A DNA stretch of 64,000 bases from Candidatus Eiseniibacteriota bacterium (GTDB lineage Bacteria; Eisenbacteria; RBG-16-71-46): assembly GCA_963725865.1 (NCBI GenBank), contig CAVSAC010000012.1, positions 384,001-448,000 of the forward strand, read 5' to 3'. Shown piece by piece: positions 1-11,102 of the stretch (position 1 is its first letter; each line of letters starts with the position of its first letter). A model generated the notes under the pieces. It saw only the letters and a list, made by a program, of their open reading frames with translations, ran no database searches and was not told the origin of the DNA. A program made the translations under genes and the position numbers.

Positions 1-42
1 CCGAACCCGACGACGCACACCCCGACCCGCGACCCGGACTCG

Positions 43-2389
43 ATGCGGAAGTTGGACGCCTACTGGCGTGCCGCCAACTATCTCTCGGTCGGGCAGATCT
101 ACCTCCTCGACAATCCGCTGCTCGAGCGGCCGCTGGCGCTGGAACACATCAAGCCGCGCCTGCTCGGCCACTGGGGAACCACGCCGGGCCTCAACTTCGT
201 CTACGTCCACCTGAACCGCGTCATCCGCGAGCGCGACCTGGACATGATCTACGTCACGGGGCCGGGTCACGGCGGTCCGGGGATCGTGGCCAACGCATAT
301 CTCGAGGGCACCTACAGCGAGGTCTACGCGGACGTCTCGCAGGACGCGGAGGGGATGCGACGGCTGTTCAAGCAGTTCTCGTTCCCGGGCGGCATTCCGA
401 GCCACGTCGCGCCCGAGACGCCCGGGTCGATCCACGAGGGCGGCGAGTTGGGCTATTCGCTGTCCCACGCCTATGGGGCCGCGTTCGACAATCCCGGGCT
501 GGTCGTGGCGTGCGTGGTGGGCGACGGCGAGGCGGAGACCGGCCCGCTCGCCACGAGCTGGCACTCGAACAAGTTCCTCGACCCGGTTCGCGACGGGGCG
601 GTGCTGCCCATCCTGCACCTGAACGGATACAAGATCGCCGGGCCCACGGTCCTGGCGCGCATTCCGCGCGACGAGCTGGCCGCGCTGCTGCGCGGCTACG
701 GCCACACGCCCTACTTCGTCGAGGGCGACGACCCGCCGGCGATGCACGCGCTCATGGCGGACACGCTCGACACGGTGGTCGGCGAGATCCAGCGCATCCA
801 GCGCGCGGCCCGGACGCATGGGTTCCGGCAGCGTCCGAGCTGGCCGATGATCGTGCTGCGCTCACCGAAGGGCTGGACGGGTCCGAAGGTCGTGGATGGT
901 CAACCGACCGAGGGCACGTTCCGTTCGCACCAGGTGCCGATGGGCGACATGAGCCGCCCGGGCCACGTGAAGCTCCTCGAGGAGTGGATGAAGAGCTACC
1001 GACCGCAGGAGCTGTTCGACTCCCACGGCCGGCTCGTCCCCGAGCTCGCCGAGTTGGCGCCGCGCGGCGCGCGCCGGATGAGCGCGAATCCGCACGCCAA
1101 CGGCGGACTGTTGCTGCGCGACCTGCGCCTGCCGGACTTCCGCGACTACGCGGTGCAGGTGCCGGCGCCCGGGGCCGTGGATGCCGAGTCCACCCGCGTA
1201 CAGGGCCGGTTCATCCGCGACGTGATCCAGCGCAACCCGCACGACTTCCGCATCTTCAGTCCGGACGAGACCAGCTCGAACCGCTGGGGAGACGTGTTCG
1301 AGGTGACGAACCGCTGCTCGAGCGCGGAGATCGTCCCGGGCGACGATCATGTCGCGGTGGACGGCCGGGTGATGGAGATGTTGAGCGAGCACCAGTGCGA
1401 GGGCTGGCTCGAAGGCTATCTGCTCACGGGCCGTCACGGCTTGTTCTCGTGCTACGAGGCGTTCATCCACATCGTCGATTCGATGTGCAACCAGCACGCC
1501 AAGTGGCTCAAGGTGTCGAACTACATCCCGTGGCGGCGCCCCATCGCCTCGCTGAACTTCCTGCTCTCGTCGCACGTCTGGCGGCAGGACCACAACGGCT
1601 TCAGCCATCAGGACCCCGGGTTCATCGACCACGTGGTCAACAAGAAGGCCGAGGTGATCCGCGTCTACCTGCCGCCGGACGCGAACACGCTGCTCTCGGT
1701 GACCGAGCACTGCCTGCGGAGTCGCAACTACGTGAACGTGATCGTCGCCGGCAAGCAGCCCGAGCCGCAGTGGCTCGACATGGACGCCGCCGTCGACCAT
1801 TGCACGGCCGGCATCGGCATCTGGCCGTGGGCGAGCAACGATCAGGGATGCGAGCCGGACGTCGTCATGGCGTGCTGCGGCGACGTGCCCACGCTGGAGA
1901 CCCTGGCGGCGGTCGAGTGGCTGCGGGAGCACGTTCCGGGTGTGAAGGTCCGCGTGATCAACGTGGTCGACCTGATGAAGCTCCAGTCGCAGAGCGAGCA
2001 CCCGCACGGCCTCAGCGACCGCGAGTTCGACCTGCTCTTCACGACCGACAAGCCGATCATCTTCGCGTTCCACGGCTATCCGACGCTGATCCATCGGCTG
2101 ACGTATCGCCGCACGAACCACTCGAACCTGCACGTGCGCGGATTCAAGGAGGAAGGCACGACCACGACGCCGTTCGACATGGTGGTGCTGAACGACCTGG
2201 ATCGCTTCCACCTCGCCGGCGACGTGATCGATCGTCTCCCGCACCTGGGCGCGCGCGCGGCCTATGCCAAGCAGGCGCATCCGCGACAAGCTGCTCGAGC
2301 ACAAGCAGTACATCGTCGAGCACGGCGAGGACCTGCCCGAGATCCGCGACTGGAAGTGGGGCGCGAGCCAGCCGGGCGAGCGGTCGTGA
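43..2389 (+). CDS. xfp: Xylulose-5-P/fructose-6-P phosphoketolase; +1 frameshift at ~2278; true start may lie upstream of the window
   Basis: Motifs [41 protein letters not shown]. Removing C2278 restores the family-type C-terminus [27 protein letters not shown], ending at TGA 2387-2389. The frame is open back to base 1. Confidence 0.95.
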
Positions 2390-2446
2390 AGCGAAGCGGT
2401 CGGTGGGGACGCCGCCCGCGGGGACGGACCGGAGGATCTCGTGCCG

Positions 2447-3079
2447 ATGCAGATCGTGCTCGTCCGCCACGGTGAAACGGCCTGGAGCCTCTCCGGCCAG
2501 CACACCGGCCGATCGGACATTCCGCTCACGAGCCGCGGCGAACGCAATGCGCGCAGGCTGGCAGCCCGGCTGAAGGGCGCGAGCTTCGAGTGGGTGCTCA
2601 CCAGCCCGCTGCAGCGCGCGCGGCGGACCAGCGAGCTGGCGGGCTTCGGCGCCCTCGCGACCATCGAGCCGGACCTGGCCGAGTGGGACTACGGCCGCTA
2701 CGAAGGCCGGCGCACCGTCGAGATCCGCCACGAACGACCGGATTGGGACCTCTTTCGCGACGGTTGCCCGGAGGGCGAGTCGCTGGAGGACGTCGGCGCG
2801 CGCGCCGACCGTCTGATCGCTCGCATCCGCGAGTGCGAGGGCGACGTGCTCCTGTTCGGGCATCGCGACATCCTGCGCATTCTCGCCGTCCGTTGGCTGG
2901 GACTCCCCGCGCTGGTCGCGCAGCGCCTGCGGCTCTCGACCGCCTCGTGGAGTGCGATCGGATTCGATCCCGCGCTCGGGCAGCCGACCCTCGATCACTG
3001 GAACGACGATCGTCATCTCGCGGACGACGACGTCCCTGCCGCACCGGGTAGGCGTGTGTGGCCGTGGCGTGCGAGATGA
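2447..3079 (+). CDS. Histidine phosphatase (phosphoglycerate mutase family)
   Basis: [28 protein letters not shown] and second His (GHRD) motifs. Confidence 0.9.
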   Translation: MQIVLVRHGETAWSLSGQHTGRSDIPLTSRGERNARRLAARLKGASFEWVLTSPLQRARRTSELAGFGALATIEPDLAEWDYGRYEGRRTVEIRHERPDWDLFRDGCPEGESLEDVGARADRLIARIRECEGDVLLFGHRDILRILAVRWLGLPALVAQRLRLSTASWSAIGFDPALGQPTLDHWNDDRHLADDDVPAAPGRRVWPWRAR

Positions 3080-3119
3080 GCGATAGTGCCGGCGGCCTTG
3101 CGGCCGAGGTCGGGAGGAC

Positions 3120-4454
3120 ATGACCAGCGAACTCGATCGACTGCGCGCGTGGGTGGTGACGGCCGACATGGGGCTGGGTCACCAGCGCGCGGCGCACGCG
3201 TTGGCCCACCTGGCTGAGGGCGGCATCCTCACCGCCGGCTCGCGCGAGACCACGGACGAGGACGAGGCGCGCTTCTGGCGCCGGCTCACGTGGTGGTACG
3301 AGGTGCTCTCGCGCACTCTGGAGATACCTCTCGTGGGCCGCGCGCTGTTCGCGGCGCTCGACTACCTGCTGCGCATCCCGCCGTTCTACCCGCTGCGCGA
3401 CCTCTCGCATCCCTCGCCCAACAACCTCATCGTCGACCACCTGATCCGCCAGGGCCTCGGCCGCGCGCTGCTCGAGCGACTGCGAGCGCGCCGACTGCCG
3501 ATGATCACGACCTTCTACGCCCCCGCGTTGGCCGCCGACCGGGGCTACGACGGCCCGATCTATTGCGTCATCTGCGACGCGGACCTGAACCGCGTGTGGG
3601 TGGCGTCGAAGGTGAGGGAGAGCCACATCTGCTACTTCGCGCCGTGCGGCCGGGTGATGCGCCGGCTGCGGCAATACGGCGTGCCGGACGAGCGCATCTT
3701 CATCACTGGATTCCCGCTGCCGCGCGAGAACGTCGGCGGGCCGGGCATGGAGACGCTGAAGGCGGACTTGCTCGCGCGGCTGGGCCGGCTCGATCCGCGC
3801 GGGCGGTTCTCGAGCGCCTACGGCGCCACCGTGCACGAGTTGCTCGGAGCGCGGCCAGAGCCCTCGAACGGAGCCGGGCGCGTGACCGTGACGTTCGCCG
3901 TCGGGGGGGCGGGGGCGCAGGTCGAGATCGGGCTGATGCTGGCGCGGGCGCTTGAGCCGGGCATCCTCGATGGCCGGTTCCGGCTGATCCTGGTCGCGGG
4001 CGTGAATCGCGTGGTCGAGAAGCTGTTCCACGAGTTCGTCGTGCACATCGGCCTCGCGGAGGCACTCGGCGACGGCTTGCTGATCGTGCGCGAGGACGAC
4101 AAACCCGCGTACTTCGACCGCTTCGACGCGCTGATGCGCGAGACCGACATCCTGTGGACCAAGCCGAGTGAGCTGTCGTTCTATTCGGCGCTCGGGATCC
4201 CGATCGTGATGGCGCCCCCGATCGGCTCGCAGGAGGGCAAGAACCAGCGCTGGCTGATGGACAAGGGCTGTGCGCTGCCGCAGTACACCCCGCGCCACGC
4301 GCAGCAGTGGCTCACCGACATGCTCCGCGACGGCGTGCTCGCCGACAAGGCGCTGAGCGGCTTCATCAAGAACCGCAAGCTCGGCGTATTCAAGATCGAG
4401 GAGGTGCTGCAGACCGGCACCATGGCGCGCGAGACGCACCCGCTGCGGCGCTAG
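3120..4454 (+). CDS. Putative GT-B glycosyltransferase (diacylglycerol glucosyltransferase-like)
   Basis: DMGLGHQRAA, ITGFPL, DILWTKPSELSFY, PIGSQE motifs; GGAGG RBS. Confidence 0.6.
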   Translation: MTSELDRLRAWVVTADMGLGHQRAAHALAHLAEGGILTAGSRETTDEDEARFWRRLTWWYEVLSRTLEIPLVGRALFAALDYLLRIPPFYPLRDLSHPSPNNLIVDHLIRQGLGRALLERLRARRLPMITTFYAPALAADRGYDGPIYCVICDADLNRVWVASKVRESHICYFAPCGRVMRRLRQYGVPDERIFITGFPLPRENVGGPGMETLKADLLARLGRLDPRGRFSSAYGATVHELLGARPEPSNGAGRVTVTFAVGGAGAQVEIGLMLARALEPGILDGRFRLILVAGVNRVVEKLFHEFVVHIGLAEALGDGLLIVREDDKPAYFDRFDALMRETDILWTKPSELSFYSALGIPIVMAPPIGSQEGKNQRWLMDKGCALPQYTPRHAQQWLTDMLRDGVLADKALSGFIKNRKLGVFKIEEVLQTGTMARETHPLRR

Positions 4455-4529
4455 GGCGGGGTCGCGGTGCCGCACTCGCCGCTACGCCGTCGAGCCGCTG
4501 AGGGATCGTGCGCGATTCGCCACACCGGA

Positions 4530-4703
4530 CTCGGCCGCTGCCAGGTGCTCGAACAGCAGCGCGGCGAGTTGGACCGCGCCGCGGCCGCCATCCAGGCGCG
4601 CACCCACACCGTGGAACAGGCGCGGCGCCAGCACGAGCTCACCGAGCTGGCGCTTCAGCAGGGGGTGGTCAATACGCTCCAGCTCGCCGGCGACGCCGAG
4701 TGA
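4530..4703 (+). pseudogene. Possible remnant of a TolC-type outer-membrane efflux gene
   Basis: Codon-biased frame 'AIQARTHTVEQARRQHELTELALQQGVVNTLQL' resembles OEP helices; no convincing start. Confidence 0.25.
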
Positions 4704-4784
4704 TCCGGCTCGCGGGCCCGCTCGCCCCGCGCCGGCGCCCGCCCGGCGAGCGTTCTCCAGCGTGCCGGGCGGTGGTTCGCCCCG

Positions 4785-6224
4785 CTATCCCGCGGGCTTC
4801 GACGTGTCCAGCCGGCCGGCAGCCTCGTAGACGTTCAGCCGGTTGTACAGCGTCTTGAGGCTGATGCCGAGCCGCCGCGCCGTCTCCTTCTTGTCGCCCT
4901 CGGTGAGCTGCATCGTCGCGAGGATCATCCGGCGCTCGACCTCCTCCAGCGTCTCGCCGAGCGACAGCGTGATGCTCGGGCCGCCCTCCGAGGTGGGGCG
5001 CAGCGCGGGGGCGTCGCCGGCCGGCAGCGCCGGATCGCGGATCACGTCCTCGGCCAGGATCGCCGCGCGATCGACGACGTTGCGCAGCTCGCGCACGTTG
5101 CCCGACCACGCGTGCCCGCGCAGCCGTCGCAGCGCCTCGGGAGCCCAGTGCTTGTCGGTGCCCTCGCGCTGGTTGTAGAGCGCGAGGAAGTGGACGGCGA
5201 GCGGCTCGATGTCGTCCACGCGCTCGCGCAGCGGCGGGATCAGGATGGGGAAGACGTTGAGCCGGTAGTAGAGGTCCTCGCGCAGACGGCCGTCGCGCAC
5301 CGCCTGCTCGGGATCCTGGTTCGACGCGGCGATCAGGCGCACGTCGATCGGGATCGCCTCGGTGCCTCCGACGCGCATCACGTTGCTGGTCTCCAGCACG
5401 CGCAGCAGCTTCACCTGCAGCTCGACCGACATCTCGGTGATCTCGTCCAGGAACAGCGTGCCGCCGCTCGCCTCCTCGAAGTAGCCGCGCCGCACGCGAT
5501 CGGCGCCCGTGAAGCTGCCCTTCTCGTGCCCGAACAGCTCGCTTTCGATGACGTTGGGGGCGACCGCGCCGCAGTTGACGGCGAGGAACCGCTCGTGCCC
5601 GCGCGTGCTCGTGCGGTGCACGGTCTCGGCGACCACCTCCTTGCCGACGCCGCTCTCGCCGAGCACCAGCACGGTCGCGCGGGTGCGTGCGACCCGCTCG
5701 ATGAGATCGAACACCCGCATCATCGGCGCCGAGCGCCCCACCAGCGGGCCGAACCGGCCGAGGTCGCGCAGCTCGTCACGCAGTCCGCCGACCTCGCTCC
5801 GCAGGTCGCGCGTGCGCTCGACATGGGCGAGCGTGGCGCGCAGCCGGTGCCGGTCCACCGGCTTGCTGAGGTAGTCGAGCACGCCCTGGCGCAGCGCGTC
5901 GACGGCCGAGTCCACCGTCGCTTTGCCGGTGATCACCACGATCTCGGGGCGCTCGTCCGCCGGTTGTTCGCCGCCGAGCAGCTCGAGCCCGTGCCCGTCC
6001 GGGAGCCCGAGGTCCACGAACACGACGTCGACCGGCGTCTCCTGCAGGCGCTCGCGTGCCTCGGCGAGGGACGAGGCCTCGCGCACCTCGAAGCCCTCGC
6101 GGCGCACGAGCAGCGCCAGTGATTCGCGGAACAGCGCATCGTCCTCGACCAGCAGCGCGACGCGCGGACGGCGCGCGCGGGGCGGCTCCGGGCGCGTCGC
6201 GGGCGCGGATCCGGGCTCGGTCAT
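4785..6224 (-). CDS. Sigma54-dependent response regulator (NtrC/AtoC family bEBP)
   Basis: REC domain (VEDD, DLGLPD), Walker A GESGVGKE, GSFTGA loop, LFLDEI, WSGNVREL, Fis HTH (ISLKTLYNRL). Confidence 0.95.
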   Translation of the reverse strand: MTEPGSAPATRPEPPRARRPRVALLVEDDALFRESLALLVRREGFEVREASSLAEARERLQETPVDVVFVDLGLPDGHGLELLGGEQPADERPEIVVITGKATVDSAVDALRQGVLDYLSKPVDRHRLRATLAHVERTRDLRSEVGGLRDELRDLGRFGPLVGRSAPMMRVFDLIERVARTRATVLVLGESGVGKEVVAETVHRTSTRGHERFLAVNCGAVAPNVIESELFGHEKGSFTGADRVRRGYFEEASGGTLFLDEITEMSVELQVKLLRVLETSNVMRVGGTEAIPIDVRLIAASNQDPEQAVRDGRLREDLYYRLNVFPILIPPLRERVDDIEPLAVHFLALYNQREGTDKHWAPEALRRLRGHAWSGNVRELRNVVDRAAILAEDVIRDPALPAGDAPALRPTSEGGPSITLSLGETLEEVERRMILATMQLTEGDKKETARRLGISLKTLYNRLNVYEAAGRLDTSKPAG

Positions 6225-6667
6225 CCGGCGCTCGAGTGCGGGCCGGGGGCGCGGTTCAGCTCGAGCCAGTAGCGCATCGCGCGCGCGATGTAGCGTCCGG
6301 GCCCCGCCGGGTCGAAGCGCTTCACGACGTAGCTGTTCGCGCCTAGGTCGTAGCTGCGCGTCACGTCGCGGGAGCGCGCCGAGGACGAGATGATCACCAC
6401 CGGCAGCCGCGCGAGCCGCGCGTCGGCCCGCACGCGGCGCAGCACCTCGAGGCCGTCGATCCCCGGCAGGTCGAGGTCGAGGAACACCGCCGCCAGGGAC
6501 TCGCTCGCGGGCGCCGGCTGCGAGCCGATGCCGAGCTTCTCGAGCGCCTCGCGGCCGCTGCGGGCGATCTCCACGTCGACGTGCAGGTGCTCGCGCTCGA
6601 TCGCGCGTTCCGCGATGTGCACGTAGTCCTCATCGTCGTCGACGATCAGGATGGTCTGCTTGCTCAT
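6221..6667 (-). CDS. Single-domain response regulator (Rcp1-like)
   Basis: MSKQTILIVDDD, FLDLDLP, GANSYVVK; ATGA overlaps with both neighbours. Confidence 0.9.
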   Translation of the reverse strand: MSKQTILIVDDDEDYVHIAERAIEREHLHVDVEIARSGREALEKLGIGSQPAPASESLAAVFLDLDLPGIDGLEVLRRVRADARLARLPVVIISSSARSRDVTRSYDLGANSYVVKRFDPAGPGRYIARAMRYWLELNRAPGPHSSAG

Positions 6668-8343
6668 GAAACCGCACCCTCCGCGGGCGGAAGCGTGAAG
6701 TGAAAAGTCGCGCCGCTGACGCCGTCGCTCTCGGCCCAGACGCGTCCGCCGAGCCGGCCGATGATCTTGGCGACGATCGCGAGCCCCAGCCCGGAGCCCT
6801 CGACCTCGTTGCCGTGCAGGCGCCGGAACGCCTCGAACGCCTCGGACGCGCGCGCGGGATCGAAGCCGCAGCCGTTGTCGGTGACGCGATAGGTGTTCTC
6901 GCGCGGACCGGGCTCGCCCGCCACGCGCACGATCCGAGCGACACGGTCCCGAGAGTACTTCAGCGCGTTGCCGATGAGGTTCACGAACACCCGGTGCACC
7001 AGCTCCGGATCCCCGAGCGCCAGCGGGAGCGGGTCCACCTCGAACCGCACGCCCTCGGGCAGACTCTCGCGCCCGAGCGCCTCGGCGTACGCCCGCTCGG
7101 CGAGGTCCTTCATGTCGAGCGGCCGGATCGCCCCCGGCTGCACCTCGGCCGCCGAGAACTCCGCGAGCGAGTCGAGCAACTGGTTCGCGCGCGCGGCCGC
7201 GCCGCGGATGCGCTCCAGCAGCCGCCTGCCGTCGGGCTCGATCCGGTCGCCGTGGTCCTCTTCCAGCACCACCGAGAAGTTGAGGATCGCGCCGATCGGC
7301 GAACGCAGATCGTGCGAGACCGAGTGGTTGAACGTCTCGACCTCGCGCAGCGCCCGCGACAGCTCGCCGGTGCGGACCTGCACGCGCTCGCCGAGATCGT
7401 CGTTTAACCGACGCAGCTCCTCGTCGCGCCGCGAGAGGTCGGTGAGCTTCTCGTCGAGGTCGCGATTCGTCCGCTCGAGCGCGCTCGAGAAGTCGCGCAG
7501 CCGCATGAACTGGATCAGCAGCGCGCCGATCGCGAACGACAGGAACGCTCCGGTGAGCAGGAACATCAGCGGCCAGCCGCTGCTGACCTGCCGCACGAAG
7601 TCGTCGGGCGGGACCACGTCCATGCGCAGCAGCGATCCGGCGGGCGACGTGATCGTGCGCCGCATCCGCATCCACGGCGGGGCGAGCGAGTCCGGCACCA
7701 CGCGCAGCGGGATGAGCCGATCGTCCTCGCCCAGCAGCTGCACGGTGTAGGTGCCCATCAGCGAGGGCTGGCGCCGCAGCCACAGGGAGTCGACCCGGGC
7801 CTGGGCGACGATCACGCCCATCCGAATGGTGTCCACCGTGACCGGAGCGAACACGTGGTACTCGTAGGCGTCGTTCCAGCGCTCGTGGATCGTGGTCGCC
7901 TGGGATGCGAGCTGGAATCTCGTCTGACGGAGCACCTCAGGGTCCATCGAGACGCTCGTGTCGCGTCCGACGAATCCGCGGACGCTCGAATCGGGCAGCA
8001 CCCACGCCACCCAGTCGAGGCCCGGGTACTCCTGCAGGATGAGCCCCGCCTGCAGCGGCCAGGCCGGCGCTCCGCCGACCGCCCCGGATTGCACCAGCGT
8101 GGTGAGGAACCGCACGCCGTCGACCTCGCGCTGCATCTGCCATTCGATGCGCGAGGTCGTGCGGTCCGCGATCGAGCCCAGCATCGAGGTCAGCTCGGTC
8201 CGGCGATCCGACTCCGCCCGGACCCACACCGCCACCGACAGGACGATCCCGAGCAGCGCGACCACGCCCGCCGTCACCAGGCGCTGGCCGGAGAGGGCGG
8301 GCAGCAGACGGCTGACCTGCTTCGCGGCGCGCCAGAGGGGCAT
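6664..8343 (-). CDS. Membrane sensor histidine kinase
   Basis: Two TM segments, H-box SHDLRSP, NLIGNALKY, DNGCG, GSGLGL. Confidence 0.93.
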   Translation of the reverse strand: MPLWRAAKQVSRLLPALSGQRLVTAGVVALLGIVLSVAVWVRAESDRRTELTSMLGSIADRTTSRIEWQMQREVDGVRFLTTLVQSGAVGGAPAWPLQAGLILQEYPGLDWVAWVLPDSSVRGFVGRDTSVSMDPEVLRQTRFQLASQATTIHERWNDAYEYHVFAPVTVDTIRMGVIVAQARVDSLWLRRQPSLMGTYTVQLLGEDDRLIPLRVVPDSLAPPWMRMRRTITSPAGSLLRMDVVPPDDFVRQVSSGWPLMFLLTGAFLSFAIGALLIQFMRLRDFSSALERTNRDLDEKLTDLSRRDEELRRLNDDLGERVQVRTGELSRALREVETFNHSVSHDLRSPIGAILNFSVVLEEDHGDRIEPDGRRLLERIRGAAARANQLLDSLAEFSAAEVQPGAIRPLDMKDLAERAYAEALGRESLPEGVRFEVDPLPLALGDPELVHRVFVNLIGNALKYSRDRVARIVRVAGEPGPRENTYRVTDNGCGFDPARASEAFEAFRRLHGNEVEGSGLGLAIVAKIIGRLGGRVWAESDGVSGATFHFTLPPAEGAVS

Positions 8344-8466
8344 AGGATCCCTTCGGTGGGACGATGGGAACGCTGCTCGCGACGACTCTAGCGGTTTTCC
8401 GTGCGAGTTCCACGGCTATCCGCCGCTGGCGCTCCCCGGCGCCGCATGCACAGCCCCGGGGCGTCA

Positions 8467-8952
8467 CTAGAAGCGCACGCCGCCCATGAGCGCGAGTTCG
8501 TGCTGATCCGCGAACACGCCCTTGAGCTGGACGAACGGACGGGCGTCCCCGCGCAGGCTGGCGAGCCCGGCGACCAGGTTCAGTCCGAGGTCGGTGCGCC
8601 CATCGCCGCGGTCCGGATCGCGGTGGAACAGCGTCGGGCCCGCGCCGAGGTAGGGCGACATCGTGCCGGTCACCTGGAAGTCGTAGTGCACGTCGGCATT
8701 CAGCGCCACCACGCTCCCGCGGTCCGGCATCGCGACCTCGACGTTGGGATTGAGATACCAGCCCGGGTACGAGCCCAGCCGCGTGAGCAGCCCGCCGCCC
8801 AGCGCGATCGCGTCGGCATCGGTGTAGACGCCGGCGCGCAGATCGACATTGGTTCCGGCGCGAGCCGGGGTGCACATCGCGGCGGGCGCCAGCCCGGTCA
8901 GCGCCATGACCAGGATCGCGCCATTCAACTGCCGAGCAGTCGAGGACTTCAT
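8467..8952 (-). CDS. Small outer-membrane beta-barrel protein
   Basis: Signal peptide, PYLGAG, C-terminal GGVRF; GAGGAGG RBS. Confidence 0.8.
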   Translation of the reverse strand: MKSSTARQLNGAILVMALTGLAPAAMCTPARAGTNVDLRAGVYTDADAIALGGGLLTRLGSYPGWYLNPNVEVAMPDRGSVVALNADVHYDFQVTGTMSPYLGAGPTLFHRDPDRGDGRTDLGLNLVAGLASLRGDARPFVQLKGVFADQHELALMGGVRF

Positions 8953-9015
8953 GGATGCCTCCTCGTGAGGTTTCGGGTCGGGGTCACGCGGCGCTCGCGG
9001 TCCCGGGTGCTTCTG

Positions 9016-9030
9016 GCAACTTGGGGGCCA
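9016..9030 (-). promoter_or_regulatory. Sigma54 promoter for the OMP at 8952
   Basis: Minus strand TGGCCC-CCAAG-TTGC (GG-N10-GC). Confidence 0.7.
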
Positions 9031-9105
9031 TGCGGGCCGCGGCCACAACCTCATGGCGCCCAACGCGCGGTTGCGGAGCGACCCTCACGCGGTGCCGTTC
9101 GGGCT

Positions 9106-9118
9106 TGTAGGTTGTGCA
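9106..9118. promoter_or_regulatory. Putative enhancer (UAS) TGTA-N5-TGCA
   Basis: TGTAGGTTGTGCA between divergent sigma54 promoters; similar to 10996-11008. Confidence 0.4.
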
Positions 9119-9250
9119 TTCGACCATCGCGCGGGGACTCCGCGCCGAGCGCCGCCGAGGGAGCGTCCCTCGCGCGGCTGCCCCGCAACTCGCGCGCACG
9201 AGCGCGCCGCCTACGAGGCCCGCTCCCGGAGGTCGCCGAGACCGAGTGCT

Positions 9251-9266
9251 TGGCCCCTCCATTGCA
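9251..9266 (+). promoter_or_regulatory. Sigma54 promoter for the OMP-BON operon
   Basis: TGGCCC-CTCCA-TTGCA. Confidence 0.72.
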
Positions 9267-9363
9267 CCGATCTGTCGCGGACCGCGCGATCCGCTCTCCA
9301 TCGCACGCGGTCCCTCGGGCGGCTCGTCTTCCTCGGAAGCCGGGCGCAACCAGGAGGCACTGC

Positions 9364-9951
9364 ATGACACGCCATCGTTCGAACACCCGTCCGGGCTCGC
9401 GGGCGAGCTTCACGCTCGCGGTGATCGCGGGCCTCGGCCTCACGATCCTCGCTAGCAGCCCGGCGCGCGGCGCCGAGATCATCCCGTCCGTCGGCTTCAC
9501 CCGTCCCGTCGATGGCGACGAGACCACGGTGTTGTCCGGCGGTGTCGCGCTGCGTTCTCAGCTCATGCCGCCGTTCCTGCTGGACGAGATCGCGGTCTCA
9601 TACCGCAGCGAGTCGCGCTTCGACGACCAGCTCAAGGTGCGCATGTGGCCGGTGACGGCCTCGCTGTGGCTCGCGCCGGTCCCGGCGCTGTACGCGGGCG
9701 GCGGCGTGGGCTTCTACAACGTCACGCTCGACTACGACGAGGACACGCTCGGCCAGCTCTTCGAGGACAAGACCAGCCAGGAGTTCGGCGTCCACGTGGG
9801 CGGCGGCGTGCGCGTGCCGCTGGCGCCCAAGGCCGCGCTCGACCTGGGCGGCCGCTACGTGATGATGCGCGCGCTGGACGACCGGCTGGTGCCCAACCAC
9901 TTCGACCCCGACTTCTGGAGCGCGAACATCGGCCTCGCGATCGGCTTCTGA
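9364..9951 (+). CDS. Outer-membrane beta-barrel protein (paralog of 54285-54857)
   Basis: AGGAGG RBS, signal peptide, WPVTASLW, YAGGGVG, C-terminal GLAIGF. Confidence 0.85.
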   Translation: MTRHRSNTRPGSRASFTLAVIAGLGLTILASSPARGAEIIPSVGFTRPVDGDETTVLSGGVALRSQLMPPFLLDEIAVSYRSESRFDDQLKVRMWPVTASLWLAPVPALYAGGGVGFYNVTLDYDEDTLGQLFEDKTSQEFGVHVGGGVRVPLAPKAALDLGGRYVMMRALDDRLVPNHFDPDFWSANIGLAIGF

Positions 9952-9994
9952 TCGGCCGCGCGACCGGCGCCACCCTCACCGAGGGGAGGAGACC

Positions 9995-10561
9995 ATGCCC
10001 GCCTGCACCGCACTGCCAGGACTCGCCGGAGCCGGTTTGCTGCTGCTCGCGTTGTGCGCGGCGCCCGCGGCCGCGCGCGAGCCCGACGCGTGGCTGACCG
10101 CGAAGGTGAAGATGTCGCTGATCCTGTCGCCGGCCGTTCGTGCGCTGTCGATCGACGTCGACAGCGACGACGGCCGGGTCACGCTCCGCGGCAGGGTCCG
10201 CGGGCGCGACGAGCGCGACGCGGCCGAGGCGCTGGCGCGCGACGTCGACGGCGTGCGCGAGGTTCGCAACCTGCTCCAGCTCATGCCCGCCTTCCGAGCG
10301 GAACGGGTCGAGCTCGGGGACGCGGCGCTGCGCGCGCGAGTCGCCGCCCGGCTCGAGCACGAGCCGCGGCTCGCCCGCAGCCGGATCCGCGTGAAGTCGG
10401 TCGATCGGGGCGTGGTAGTGCTCGACGGCGACGCGAGCACGTTGTCCGATCACTTCCTGGCGCTCGACCTCACGCAGCGCACCGCGGGGGTCCGCGAGGT
10501 CCGCACCGAGGTGAGGAGCCCGAGCACGTTTGGCGCGCTCGAGCTGAGGACCCGCGACTAG
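9995..10561 (+). CDS. Two-BON-domain (OsmY-like) periplasmic protein
   Basis: DAWLTAKVK, IDVDSDDGRVTLRG, GVREVRN and a second BON repeat; signal peptide. Confidence 0.88.
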   Translation: MPACTALPGLAGAGLLLLALCAAPAAAREPDAWLTAKVKMSLILSPAVRALSIDVDSDDGRVTLRGRVRGRDERDAAEALARDVDGVREVRNLLQLMPAFRAERVELGDAALRARVAARLEHEPRLARSRIRVKSVDRGVVVLDGDASTLSDHFLALDLTQRTAGVREVRTEVRSPSTFGALELRTRD

Positions 10562-10574
10562 GACGGCACTTCGC

Positions 10575-10787
10575 TCAGAAGCGCCTGCGGTCCAGGACCA
10601 CCAACGCGCAGCCCACGAGGAGCGCGATCGCGCCGGCGACGGGCGGAATCGCGACCGTGTGCCGCTCGTTGACCTGCGCCTGGAGCGGAGCCACGTCGAT
10701 GGACTCGCGATGCCGGGTGTACGTGAATCGCCCGCTGATCAGCGCGAGCAGGCCGACCAGCGCGAGGATGATCCCCACCGATCTCAT
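10575..10787 (-). CDS. Small 2-TM protein (DUF3185-like; paralog of 55770-55985)
   Basis: MRSVGIILALVG...YTRHRESIDVAPLQA...IPPVAGAIAL. Confidence 0.75.
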   Translation of the reverse strand: MRSVGIILALVGLLALISGRFTYTRHRESIDVAPLQAQVNERHTVAIPPVAGAIALLVGCALVVLDRRRF

Positions 10788-10924
10788 GTCCGCGTCCGGG
10801 TTCGAGTTTGGTCGACTCGCAGAGAGGTGGGAACGGGACGCCAGGTTGGCTGTCCAGGATGTCGCCCGCGCCCGATCCTCTCCGCTCCTTCGCTCCACTG
10901 TGCTCGGCGACAACGTACGCGACT

Positions 10925-10940
10925 TGCAACATGCGGACCA
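10925..10940 (-). promoter_or_regulatory. Sigma54 promoter for the gene at 10787
   Basis: Minus strand TGGTCC-GCATG-TTGCA. Confidence 0.65.
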
Positions 10941-10995
10941 GTGAGCGATCGGCCGCTTTCCCGGCAGAAGCGCGAGGTCGAGCCCGCGCCGGTGA

Positions 10996-11008
10996 TGTAC
11001 GGCGTACA
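10996..11008. promoter_or_regulatory. Palindromic putative UAS TGTACG-G-CGTACA
   Basis: Perfect inverted repeat between divergent sigma54 promoters. Confidence 0.5.
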
Positions 11009-11102
11009 AAAGCGAGCGCGGTCGTACAAGCCCGGGGCCGCCGCACGCCCCGCGTGCCGAGATCGTCGTTGCGATTCTTGGGATTCGCTCGTCGCAGGCG
11101 CG

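Noticed and set aside
2270..2290. Programmed frameshift in xfp
   Set aside because: No slippery sequence, no precedent I know of for this family, and similar indels occur elsewhere in the window.
8358..8388. Weak similarity to 38192-38220 (GG.ACGAT.GG.ACGC..TCGCGAC)
   Set aside because: Short, gapped and only two copies; compatible with chance.
9183..9212. CCGCAACT as a third ECF promoter
   Set aside because: The downstream element is GCCGCC rather than GCCGTC, and a sigma54 promoter already explains the gene.
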